From contig CAVVOP010000022.1 of the NCBI GenBank assembly GCA_963749915.1, forward strand, positions 448,001 through 512,000: a stretch of 64,000 nt of DNA. The letters are read 5' to 3'. The notes under the pieces were generated by a model. The model saw only the letters and a list, made by a program, of their open reading frames with translations. It was not told the origin of the DNA and made no database searches. The position numbers and the translations under genes were made by a program. Numbering within the stretch: the first letter of the stretch is position 1; every line of letters starts with the position of its first letter. This stretch comes from an uncultured cyanobacterium (GTDB lineage Bacteria > Cyanobacteriota > Cyanobacteriia > Cyanobacteriales > Cyanobacteriaceae). Positions 1-9,350 of this stretch are shown piece after piece.

Positions 1-1
1 T

Positions 2-979
2 TTAGGAATTATTCAGGATAGTGGCAGGAAATTATTACAGCTAATCAATAATATCTTAGATTTTGCTGATATTGAAGCAGGTAAATCACTACTTTATATG
101 GAACAAATATCCCTACAAAATATTAGCAAAATGATTTATTTAGCTGGGTTAGAAATTGCTCGTAATCAAGGCATAAGTATAAGACTGGATAATCCCACAA
201 CTCTCGACTTGGACTTATTCTATGCTGACGGAGAAAGACTATATCAAATATTATTAAATCTAGTAGATAATGCGATTAAATTTACACCATCAGGAGGCGA
301 AGTAATTATTAGATTAAGGAGAAATAAAAATCAAGCCATTTTTCAAGTAGAAGACACAGGAATAGGTATTTATGAAGAACAAATTCCTCTTTTATTTACT
401 AAATTTCAGCAACTAGAAAATTATCGAACTCGTACCCATTCTGGCACCGGATTAGGACTGGCGTTAACTAAACATTTAGTGGAATTACATGGAGGTTTAA
501 TCGAAGTAGAATCCGTGGTGGGAAAGGGATCTATTTTTACGGTAATTTTGCCCAATGCTGATGAAGACAAAACCAGGATAAAACCCAAAACAAATCAAGA
601 AGAAATACTCGAAATAAAAACTAATAAAACTATTGTAATTATTTGTGATGATGATGAGATCGGTACTTTTTTATGTGAATTATTAACCGTAGCTGACTAT
701 CAAGTTATTTGGTTAGTAGATGTCCATGAGGCTATCAGTCGAATAAAATTAATTAATCCTGCCATTGTTATTTTAGAAAAAAATCAGCAAATATCCCTAA
801 AAATTTCTGCTGCCCTTAAAACCGAAACTGATAATAATTTACACTTAATAGTAATTCGAGAAAAAATAAGTGGCAATGATTGGGACGTTTTATCTAATTC
901 TGGTATTGATGAATACCTATTAAAACCATTACAACCGATAATTTTACTAGAAAAAATAGGAAGGTTAATTAACAATTAA
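2..979 (+). CDS. cikA: Circadian input kinase CikA-like hybrid histidine kinase (5'-truncated by window)
   Basis: Frame open from base 2 (LGIIQDSGRKLLQLINNILD...). HATPase motifs NLVDNAIKFT, DTGIG, GTGLGL. C-terminal pseudo-receiver with CikA-like DYQVIWLVD and Glu at the phospho-Asp position (IVILE). Confidence 0.75.
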   Translation, partial: LGIIQDSGRKLLQLINNILDFADIEAGKSLLYMEQISLQNISKMIYLAGLEIARNQGISIRLDNPTTLDLDLFYADGERLYQILLNLVDNAIKFTPSGGEVIIRLRRNKNQAIFQVEDTGIGIYEEQIPLLFTKFQQLENYRTRTHSGTGLGLALTKHLVELHGGLIEVESVVGKGSIFTVILPNADEDKTRIKPKTNQEEILEIKTNKTIVIICDDDEIGTFLCELLTVADYQVIWLVDVHEAISRIKLINPAIVILEKNQQISLKISAALKTETDNNLHLIVIREKISGNDWDVLSNSGIDEYLLKPLQPIILLEKIGRLINN

Positions 980-1029
980 CAGTGTAGGAATTTGTCCAAA
1001 TAATTCTGAATTATCAATTATTTCCTCCC

Positions 1030-2097
1030 ATGGCTGAATTAGAAATTATTAAAATATTATCTAAATTTATTAAAAATAATCAATTATCATCGTTGCACTT
1101 AAAACTATTAGAAGATGATCAAGCTGATCATCAATATCCCCTTAAATCTAACAATAACTTTGTTCAACAAAAACTTGACATTTTATCCCTTATTCATCCC
1201 AAATTAAACTTATTATTTCATGATCTAAAACTTACTAATAAATCTAATAACATAAATAATATTTGGAATTTTTGGCTTCCTTTAGCCTTAGAATTAGCAG
1301 AAAAAAAAAGGCAAAAAAATTACCCTTTTACCGTAGGTATTTTGGGGGGACAAGGTACAGGAAAAACCACTTTAACCCAAATATTACCTCTTATTTGGCA
1401 ATCTCTTAATCTATCCAGTGTCGGCATTTCCCTTGATGATTTATATAAAACCTACGAAGAAAGACAAAAATTGCTCAACATTGATTCTCGTTTAATTTGG
1501 CGTGGTCCTCCGGGTACTCACGATATAAACTTAGGGATCAAAATTTTAGATCAACTTCATCAGGGTAACTATCCCGTCGATATTCCCCGTTTTGATAAAT
1601 CCCTTTATGATGGTTCCGGCGATCGTATCGCACCACAGAAAGTAAACAAAACAGATATAATCATATTAGAAGGTTGGTTTATAGGAGTGCAACCTGTGTC
1701 AGCAAAAGCATTTAGCAACCCTCCTTATCCCATTGTCACCCAAGAAGACAAAAAATTTGCCCTAGATTGTAATGAAAGACTTAAAGAATATCTACCTTTA
1801 TGGGAAAAACTCGACTACCTAATGATATTTAACCCAGAAGACTATAGATTTAGCTTACAGTGGCGAAAAACAGCCGAACATGAAATGATAAACCAAGGGA
1901 AAACAGGTATGAGTGACAAAGAGATTGAGAAATTTGTGCATTATTTTTGGAAAGCCTTACATCCGCAAATTTATATCGAGTCTATGACAAAAAACCCTTT
2001 ATTAACCGATTTGGTTGTAAATATTAATTATGACCATACTATTACGAAAATCGATCGCCCTTCTCAAACGGACGAAGTCCCTATAAACAGAGGGTAA
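1030..2097 (+). CDS. D-glycerate 3-kinase (plant/cyanobacterial GLYK type)
   Basis: P-loop GILGGQGTGKTT, SLDDLY, RGPPGTHD, PRFDKS, ILEGW motifs. Confidence 0.8.
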   Translation: MAELEIIKILSKFIKNNQLSSLHLKLLEDDQADHQYPLKSNNNFVQQKLDILSLIHPKLNLLFHDLKLTNKSNNINNIWNFWLPLALELAEKKRQKNYPFTVGILGGQGTGKTTLTQILPLIWQSLNLSSVGISLDDLYKTYEERQKLLNIDSRLIWRGPPGTHDINLGIKILDQLHQGNYPVDIPRFDKSLYDGSGDRIAPQKVNKTDIIILEGWFIGVQPVSAKAFSNPPYPIVTQEDKKFALDCNERLKEYLPLWEKLDYLMIFNPEDYRFSLQWRKTAEHEMINQGKTGMSDKEIEKFVHYFWKALHPQIYIESMTKNPLLTDLVVNINYDHTITKIDRPSQTDEVPINRG

Positions 2098-2254
2098 GAA
2101 CCCCCCGCTTATATTCCATTGCTCATTGCCTATAAAATATTGTAACCTACAATGACCAAACTATCAAAAAATGTTTATACAGAATATCCCACTGCACAAT
2201 TACACTGCACAAAATATTATCATAAAGAGAAATAATATCAACACTGAGAAAAAT

Positions 2255-2539
2255 ATGGTTTTAAACGAATTAGAAATTAGACAAAAATTAGCTAATTTCC
2301 CCGATTGGATGACTAATGGACAGTTTCTAAGTAGGACTTATAAGTTTAAAGACTTTATCCAGGCCGTTGAATTTGTCAATCTTTTAGTTACTCCCGCCGA
2401 AAAAGCCGGACATCATCCCGATATATACATATCTTACAATAAAGTAACTATTCATTTAACTACTCATGACGCTGGTGGGATTACCCAAAAAGACTTTGAC
2501 TTAGCGGCAGAAATTGTCAAAATTGCCGACAGTTTTTAA
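2255..2539 (+). CDS. phhB: Pterin-4-alpha-carbinolamine dehydratase
   Basis: AEKAGHHPDI and THDAGGIT..DFDLA motifs. Start at ATG 2255 gives the typical ~95 aa size; the ORF track start is 2171. Confidence 0.85.
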   Translation: MVLNELEIRQKLANFPDWMTNGQFLSRTYKFKDFIQAVEFVNLLVTPAEKAGHHPDIYISYNKVTIHLTTHDAGGITQKDFDLAAEIVKIADSF

Positions 2540-2593
2540 ATTATCAACAACTCTAATTTCTAGTTTTTTGAGTCCAAATTAGCCAGTAATAAA

Positions 2594-3166
2594 TCAATAA
2601 GTTAATGAGTGCAAATTTTGCTCATCGGTGATTCCCACAGGTACATACTCAATGCAAGGTAAACAAGCCCCTGATAGACCTTTTTTGATTCTCTCAGGGG
2701 TTTGAGGAAAAATAATAAATAACGGATGAATTTCTTCAGCTAAATCGCTGAACATATGTTCTTCCGCATGAGGCATAATCCATTCATACTCTTTACGAAG
2801 ATAAATCTGTGATTGTCGCCAACGTCTGAGTAAATCCGAGAAGTCTTCTTCAGGACGATGAATAAATACGAGTATTTCTACCCCCATTTTAATCTTCCAT
2901 TCAGGATCGCACATTAACACCGCCACATCGCAGGGAATAGGAGTAACTTCATCTAAGCAAAGTTGACTTAAATGATCTCCAGAAACAGTTCTCAAATTCC
3001 GCACCTTCGCTAAGGGTAAAGGAATGGCAATAATGCTGTCAACAGGTCGTCTCATGCTAGGGATCATTTCCAAATATTGACGATATTGACCTAATAGAGA
3101 AACAATGTGCTCTCGGTTACTATAATCAGCTAATACCGTTTCATAATCTGATTGTTTTATACTCAT
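2594..3166 (-). CDS. Hypothetical protein downstream of pilC
   Basis: 190-aa ORF co-oriented with pilT-pilC; no family recognised. Confidence 0.7.
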   Translation of the reverse strand: MSIKQSDYETVLADYSNREHIVSLLGQYRQYLEMIPSMRRPVDSIIAIPLPLAKVRNLRTVSGDHLSQLCLDEVTPIPCDVAVLMCDPEWKIKMGVEILVFIHRPEEDFSDLLRRWRQSQIYLRKEYEWIMPHAEEHMFSDLAEEIHPLFIIFPQTPERIKKGLSGACLPCIEYVPVGITDEQNLHSLTY

Positions 3167-3220
3167 AATTTAATAGAGAATCTTAGGAATAGGAAATAAT
3201 TGTTAATTGTTAATTGTTTT

Positions 3221-4435
3221 TTATCCGAGTTGATCGAATATCGAGAACATAGGTAGATACATAGATAATAGAATTGTTCCTACCATTCCGGCAATACCCA
3301 CCATCATTAGAGGCTCAATAACGCTAGTTAAGGCTTTTACGGCTTGTTCGACTTCATCCTCATAAAAGTCTGCTACTTTCATCATCATGGAGTCTAATTC
3401 TCCCGTTTCTTCCCCAATCATCATCATTTGTATCGCCATACTGGGAAATACTTTTTTCTCGGCGATGCCAATACTAAGCATGCCTCCTTGTAAAACGGAA
3501 TCTTTAGCTGCACCAATGGAATTAGCAATAACCTTATTAGGGATAGTGTCCTGGACAATATCCAAACATTGGAGAATAGGAACACCAGAACGGGTTAAAG
3601 TACCGAAAACACGGCAAAAACGAGCTACAGCACTTTTTTGGTTTAAGTCGCCAAAAATGGGTGCTTTTAAGGCCAATGTATCTATTTGTATCCTTCCCGC
3701 CGGAGTTTTATAATATTTTCTAAAAGCAAAAACAACACCAGCAATAACGATTATCGGGATAACAGCTTTAGGACTTCTTAAAAATCCGCTCAAATTCACC
3801 ATAAATTGAGTCAAAGCAGGTAATTCTGCTCCTAACTGGTCAAAAATCCCAGCAAATACGGGAATCAAGAAAATGGTCATCCCCAAAAAAGCCACCACCG
3901 CAAAAATTCCCACCGTGACAGGATAAGCCATAGCGGATTTAATTTGGTTTTGTAACCGTGCCACATCTTCTAAGAGTTTAGCAAGACGATTCATTACCTC
4001 ATCTAAAACCCCCCCAGTTTCCCCAGCTTCCACCATGGAAACATAAAGTTGATCAAAACAATCGGGATGTTTAGCCATAGCCTCGGAGAGGTTTGTCCCT
4101 TGTTGTACATCGGAACTGATACTATTTAAAGCTTTTTTAAATTTGGGGTTGCCGGATTGTTCAGCTAATACCGTTAAAGTTCTGATAATTGCCACCCCAG
4201 CATTAACTAACACGGCGAATTGACGAGAAAAAATCGCTTTATCCTTAACCGTCACCGTACTCATGGCCGCTTCAATACTAGCCATGTCAAATTCCATGCC
4301 GGCTTTTTTGATTTTACCAATGGCGGCAAATCTTTTTTTGAGAATTCTTTTCGCTTCGTCTTGAGAATCGGCAACTACTCTTTCATTGAGTATATTACCG
4401 GCTTTATCTTTAACTTGAACAATAAAAGTAGCCAT
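3221..4435 (-). CDS. pilC: Type IV pilus platform protein PilC (T2SS F family)
   Basis: FSRQFAVLVNAGV, EAGETGGVLD, IKSAMAYP, GEETGELD, LTSVIEP motifs. Confidence 0.95.
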   Translation of the reverse strand: MATFIVQVKDKAGNILNERVVADSQDEAKRILKKRFAAIGKIKKAGMEFDMASIEAAMSTVTVKDKAIFSRQFAVLVNAGVAIIRTLTVLAEQSGNPKFKKALNSISSDVQQGTNLSEAMAKHPDCFDQLYVSMVEAGETGGVLDEVMNRLAKLLEDVARLQNQIKSAMAYPVTVGIFAVVAFLGMTIFLIPVFAGIFDQLGAELPALTQFMVNLSGFLRSPKAVIPIIVIAGVVFAFRKYYKTPAGRIQIDTLALKAPIFGDLNQKSAVARFCRVFGTLTRSGVPILQCLDIVQDTIPNKVIANSIGAAKDSVLQGGMLSIGIAEKKVFPSMAIQMMMIGEETGELDSMMMKVADFYEDEVEQAVKALTSVIEPLMMVGIAGMVGTILLSMYLPMFSIFDQLG

Positions 4436-4447
4436 AGGTTTTCAGAA

Positions 4448-4484
4448 TTGATAATTGACAATTGACAATTGATAATTGATAATT
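4448..4484 (+). repeat. Heptamer tandem repeat (TTGAYAA)x5, STRR-like
   Basis: ttgataa ttgacaa ttgacaa ttgataa ttgataa between pilC and pilT. Confidence 0.8.
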
Positions 4485-4565
4485 GCTAGTCGATGGTTTA
4501 CAGTTAATTTTTCTCTAGTCTCTCAGTCTCCTCCTTCTTTGTCCATCGGTCTTCCTTGCCTTGAT

Positions 4566-5681
4566 CTATCTTTTCTTCGTGGTGCTTGTCATAGTGCCAT
4601 CCATGCCACTGCCTACTAGTAAACGTTTTAATTCGTCAGGTCTGCTACTTTTCGCTAATCCTTCTTCTAAGCTAATTGTTCCCGTTTTGACATATCCTGC
4701 TAAAGCCTGTTCCATGGTTTGCATGCCTAATTTACCCCCCGTTTGAATAGCTGAATAAATTTGAGGTGCTTTTGCTTCCCTGATTAAGTTGGCGATCGCT
4801 GGGGTGACAATCATAATTTCTTGACCCATAGCCCTGCCAAATTCACCAGGTTTGGGGTTTTTCTTCTTCACTAAACATTGAGCAAATACTGCTAATAAGG
4901 AGTTAGATAACATCGCCCGAATTTGAGCCTGTTCTGCGGAGGGGAAAACATCAATAATACGATCGATAGTACCAGCCGCCGAGCTAGTGTGGAGAGTCCC
5001 AAAAACGAGATGTCCTGTTTCTGCCGCACTGATGGCCAAAGAGATGGTTTCTAAGTCTCGCATTTCACCCACGAGAATAATATCGGGATCTTCCCGTAAA
5101 GCCGCCCTTAAAGCATTAGCAAAACTCTTGGTATCTTCTCCTTTTTGGCGTTGGTGGAACAAGCTATTAACATTAGGGAATACATACTCGATGGGATCTT
5201 CTACGGTTAAAATATGTTCAGCACGGGTACGATTAATTAAATCCAACATCGCCGCTAAGGTTGTCGTTTTACCCGATCCAGTTTGTCCTGTTACCAGAAT
5301 TAAGCCCCTAGGGCGATCGGTCATTTCTTTAACAATGTCAGGCAAACCCAGTTGATCGAAGTTAGGAATTTTAGAAGATAACGCCCGTAAACAAGCGGCA
5401 TAGCAACCTCTTTCCTTATAAACATTCACCCTAAATCGAGCCAACCCTTTAACACCATAGGAACAATCTAACTCCCATTCCTGTTCGAGAGTTTTCCGTT
5501 GAGTGTTATTTAACATACTAAAAATCAGTTTTTGACACTCTTGAGGATTCAACGGTTCTTCACCGATGGGGGTCAGTTTGCCACTAATACGAAAGTAGAT
5601 GGGGGCCCCTGCTTGAATGTGCATATCGGATCCACCCAATTCTACTAACTGTTCCATCAAATCTTCGATCATTATTTCCAT
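4566..5681 (-). CDS. pilT: Type IV pilus retraction ATPase PilT
   Basis: Walker A GQTGSGKTT, TVEDPIE, ALREDPDIILVGEMRD, AAETGHLVFGTLHT, AIANLIRE. Confidence 0.96.
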   Translation of the reverse strand: MEIMIEDLMEQLVELGGSDMHIQAGAPIYFRISGKLTPIGEEPLNPQECQKLIFSMLNNTQRKTLEQEWELDCSYGVKGLARFRVNVYKERGCYAACLRALSSKIPNFDQLGLPDIVKEMTDRPRGLILVTGQTGSGKTTTLAAMLDLINRTRAEHILTVEDPIEYVFPNVNSLFHQRQKGEDTKSFANALRAALREDPDIILVGEMRDLETISLAISAAETGHLVFGTLHTSSAAGTIDRIIDVFPSAEQAQIRAMLSNSLLAVFAQCLVKKKNPKPGEFGRAMGQEIMIVTPAIANLIREAKAPQIYSAIQTGGKLGMQTMEQALAGYVKTGTISLEEGLAKSSRPDELKRLLVGSGMDGTMTSTTKKR

Positions 5682-5816
5682 AGTTCTATTCTCCTAATCT
5701 AAAAGCTATTTTCAATATAACTCAATATTTCAATGAAAAAAAAAAGAAAGGTGGAACTAACAGAAAAGATCAAAGTAGAGTATTGGATGCTATGCTCTGG
5801 TTGATATTTTTTCAAA

Positions 5817-6260
5817 TTATAACATTATGAGGTTTATCAAATTTTCCGGCACTGGAATTACTGATAAACGATTACCCTTTTTTACCACTAATAACTCTTC
5901 TGAGGAGAATCTATTTTTCAAAGTGTCTAAAGAGATTAATTCAGGAAAAATTTGTTTAAATTGTACCTTTACAGTATGCCAACGAGGATTATTAATGGTA
6001 GATTTTTTATCAAAATAAATACTTTTAGAATCAAATTGGGTAGGATCAATAATATTAGTTGCAGTAATTTCCATCAAACCAATAATTCCTGGGGGGTTAC
6101 AATTAGAGTGATAAAAAAAAGCTAAATCTCCGACTTGCATTTGCCTTAAAAAATTTCTAGCTTGATAGTTTCTGACACCATCCCAAATAGTAGTGTTTTC
6201 TCTTTTTAAATCCTCAATGCTATATACTCGAGGTTCAGATTTCATTAACCAATAAGCCAT
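5817..6260 (-). CDS. EVE domain protein
   Basis: YWLMKSEP, WDGVRNYQARNFLR, FFYHS, RLSVIPV. Confidence 0.92.
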   Translation of the reverse strand: MAYWLMKSEPRVYSIEDLKRENTTIWDGVRNYQARNFLRQMQVGDLAFFYHSNCNPPGIIGLMEITATNIIDPTQFDSKSIYFDKKSTINNPRWHTVKVQFKQIFPELISLDTLKNRFSSEELLVVKKGNRLSVIPVPENLINLIML

Positions 6261-6406
6261 GATAATAATTGATAACTGGCAATTACTTTACCTTAACGCC
6301 CTTAATTGAAACTTACAAAATTTTTATCAAAACTATTATATATTTGCTATAGGAGAAATAATCATTGGACTTTTAATTCGCGAAAATAAATATTTACCAG
6401 GTTTTT

Positions 6407-8101
6407 ATGAGCTTTAGTCATCGTTATTTCAGTCGTAAGCTTACCGCTTTAACTTTAAGTATCCTTAGTTTAGCTGCTTTAAATATTAAAAAGGTTTATT
6501 CTGCTGACAATATTTTTGCTGTTTATAGTCCTTTTATCACCTCTTTGCGGGTTGAATCTTTAGAGCAATTCGCCCAAGATGGTACCATTAACCAAAATTT
6601 AGGTTTTTATCTCAATTTAGCCAGAGTTAATGAAGAACAAAAAACCCTGTTCCGAGAGGCATTAACCACTCCAGTAATAGTTGATCCCGTTTTGATTTCT
6701 CGGATTTTAAATACGGACGAAGGTGAACGTTTACTTAACTATTTCGGTTCTGCTGTTAATATCAGGGGAGGAAGAAATGGTAAATATATCCTCAGAGGTG
6801 CATTAGTAAAAGCCGCTATGGAAAAAGATGGGTTAAGTTTAATCAATGTATTGCGGAATTTAGCGGTAGATGTTCAAATTAACGTTCCCCAAGTTTTAAG
6901 ATATAGAGACCAAATTAATTTAGTCGTTAAAGGTAGTGAGTTATTTGCTGCTGAAATTGCTAATTTAGCCACCATGGAAGCCGAGTCCAATCCTCCCGTA
7001 GATTTTAATAAACTGACGGATATTCGACAACCCGGACCCCTCACTGTCACTCATACTAATTTGAATTTATTCGATTCTAAGAGAAATCGGGGATTTTATG
7101 TGGAATTATATCAACCTGAACAGTTAAGCCCTAATAATCCTGTAATTATATTATCCCACGGTTTAAGCTCTCGTCCTGAAGATTTTACTAGAATGGCCGG
7201 TCATCTGGCTTCCTATGGTTATGTAGTGGCAATGCCTCAACATCCAGGTAGTGATATTCGTCAAACAGAAAATTTCATTGCTGGATTTTCCCGTCAAATT
7301 TTCCTCCTCGATGAATTTATCGATCGCCCTTTAGATATTACTTTTTTGTTGGATGAATTAACCCGTTTAAATCCCCCTCAATTTGGCGGTAAATTAAATC
7401 TGGATAGCGTCGGGGTAGGAGGGCATTCTTTCGGGGGTTATACGGCTTTGGCAGTAGGGGGTGCAAAAATTGATTTTGATAACTTAGAAAATGTTTGTAA
7501 TTTAGCCATCGGCAACTTAAATAATGCTCTTTTATTACAGTGTCGAGCTTTAAATTTACCCAGAAAAGACTATGATTTTCGTGATCCCCGAGTTAAAGCG
7601 GTTTTTACCGCCAATCCTGTTAATGCCTCTATTTTCGGGATAAATGGGTTAAATAAGGTGGAAGTACCTACATTTTTTGGGGCTGGAACTTATGATCCGG
7701 CTACCCCCTTTATTTTTGAACAAGCCCGAACTTTTCCTTATATTAATAATAAAGATACTTATTTTCAATTACAAGAAGGTCAAGCGCACGTTGACTTTTC
7801 TCAGTTAGACGCTGGGATCACTGATTTAGTGGAAACTGTCGGTAATTTAACTTTACCCTCACCTTATTTATTAGATGAATACACTAATTCTATGGCATTG
7901 GCTTTTTTCAAGGTACACTTAAACAAGGATGAAAATTATCGAGTTTATCTACAATCGGCTTACGGCAAGTATTTAAGTCAAGGACAGGAATTTAAAACCC
8001 ATATGATCACTGATGATTCTGTACCCGCCCTCCGAGAAAAATTTGAAAAATTTATACAAGATAATTACGATTTAATTTTTGGATCAACTCTTCTGCGTTA
8101 A
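6407..8101 (+). CDS. DUF1400 + alpha/beta hydrolase
   Basis: Signal-like N-terminus, SHGL, GHSFGGYT nucleophile motif, DPRVKA. Confidence 0.85.
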   Translation: MSFSHRYFSRKLTALTLSILSLAALNIKKVYSADNIFAVYSPFITSLRVESLEQFAQDGTINQNLGFYLNLARVNEEQKTLFREALTTPVIVDPVLISRILNTDEGERLLNYFGSAVNIRGGRNGKYILRGALVKAAMEKDGLSLINVLRNLAVDVQINVPQVLRYRDQINLVVKGSELFAAEIANLATMEAESNPPVDFNKLTDIRQPGPLTVTHTNLNLFDSKRNRGFYVELYQPEQLSPNNPVIILSHGLSSRPEDFTRMAGHLASYGYVVAMPQHPGSDIRQTENFIAGFSRQIFLLDEFIDRPLDITFLLDELTRLNPPQFGGKLNLDSVGVGGHSFGGYTALAVGGAKIDFDNLENVCNLAIGNLNNALLLQCRALNLPRKDYDFRDPRVKAVFTANPVNASIFGINGLNKVEVPTFFGAGTYDPATPFIFEQARTFPYINNKDTYFQLQEGQAHVDFSQLDAGITDLVETVGNLTLPSPYLLDEYTNSMALAFFKVHLNKDENYRVYLQSAYGKYLSQGQEFKTHMITDDSVPALREKFEKFIQDNYDLIFGSTLLR

Positions 8102-8113
8102 GTTTTAACTTTA

Positions 8114-8341
8114 TTAACTCCTAACTATTGCAATTTCATCTTCTTGGAAATGGGCTTTAAATTTTTTGCCAAATTTAACAAGGTAAGGAAAATTGGCACT
8201 TACTGGTCTTCCTTGCCATTGTGTTACAATTTCTATTAATTCTCCTTCCATCCCTTTAACATCAAAGGCTTCTTTTTTATGTTCAGGATGATGATATACC
8301 AATACTGATTCTTGTACTTTAACGCGATCGCCTACTTTCAT
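8114..8341 (-). CDS. ftrV: Ferredoxin-thioredoxin reductase variable chain
   Basis: MKVGDRVKV..SV.VYHHPEHK..AFD.KGMEGE, WQGRPVSAN.PY.V.F..KFKAH. Confidence 0.92.
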   Translation of the reverse strand: MKVGDRVKVQESVLVYHHPEHKKEAFDVKGMEGELIEIVTQWQGRPVSANFPYLVKFGKKFKAHFQEDEIAIVRS

Positions 8342-8512
8342 AGTTGAGATTTCAATAATAAATTTGAATAAACAGAGGATATATGCTCAAAGGCAACTCT
8401 CTTATTTTTGCATAACTGGTCATATCTGCAAACTTTAGCTTAAAAAAGTTAACAAGGAAGTTAAACAATACTGTTCGGAAAGCTTGCCGAAAACGTTGTC
8501 GTTGGGACGAAA

Positions 8513-8561
8513 TAATAAGTAATAAGTAATAAGTAATAAGTAATAAGTAATAAGTAATAAG
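8513..8561 (+). repeat. Heptamer tandem repeat (TAATAAG)x7, STRR-like
   Basis: Seven perfect copies read directly. Confidence 0.95.
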
Positions 8562-8754
8562 TGACACGAATTTATTACCTTCTGCCTTACCACCGCCGAC
8601 AATTATATTTTCCAAAACCTTCGCAGTATTGGGGAGTTAAATGCCTTTTCTCGCCACTGATATTAGTATTGCTGAGCAAAATTTGATTAGATGGTTTGAT
8701 GAAGTGAAAAACCCACAATTGCTCATTCATGCTCACAATATCAATTAACTAACA

Positions 8755-8946
8755 TTAGTGACTATGGGCAAGGTAGGATAAACAATTATTTACCAAAAAA
8801 TATACCACCATCATAGCCGTAGCACACAAAGCCACCAATGCACCAGCTAACATCAAGGAAAATTCACGATGATCAAAAGCCTGTTGCATTAAATGTAATG
8901 ACCAAGCTACTAATGCGACATCGAAAATGAGAATCGGAATTAACAT
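8755..8946 (-). CDS. Small two-helix membrane protein
   Basis: 63-aa ORF with two hydrophobic segments, ATG start, intergenic position. Confidence 0.6.
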   Translation of the reverse strand: MLIPILIFDVALVAWSLHLMQQAFDHREFSLMLAGALVALCATAMMVVYFLVNNCLSYLAHSH

Positions 8947-9066
8947 TTCTTAACAATCTAAGGTTTAGTCTATTCTAATACATATCTTTGAAAAAGATTA
9001 ACTTTTTAAAATTGACTAATTAGGGTTTGCTGAATAAAAACTAGGATTCTTGGCAAAGCAAAAGCC

Positions 9067-9162
9067 TGGTTTGCAATAGTATCCATCCAATCTGAGATAT
9101 CAACACCTATGCCAGTTCCTCATGGTCATGTTATGGGGATCGATGTTGGCTTGTTGTCTTAA
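9067..9162 (+). pseudogene. TnpB (IS200/IS605 RNA-guided endonuclease) remnant
   Basis: Hand translation WFAIVSIQSEISTPMPVPHGHVMGIDVGLLS* includes the RuvC-I GIDxG motif preceded by PHGH, as in cyanobacterial TnpB. Confidence 0.65.
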
Positions 9163-9350
9163 TTGTCCATGGGGGGATGTCACTTTTGTCCTGAATTAAA
9201 TTTAGTTCATATCTTCTTTGAGGGAATTTTTCGTGGTGAAGAAAAATCTACCCATAATCATGAGGAAAGAGGTGACTCTAAGTCAAAGATTGATAATCTA
9301 CAGAAGGAAGAACCACCATAGCCTCATCCGCCATTATAGCCGATTTTTAT

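Noticed and set aside
3221..5681. Absence of pilB next to pilT-pilC
   Set aside because: An unlinked pilB is known in unicellular cyanobacteria such as Synechocystis, so not unusual
8352..8615. 87-aa minus-strand ORF
   Set aside because: Low-complexity LLITYY sequence generated by the TAATAAG repeat
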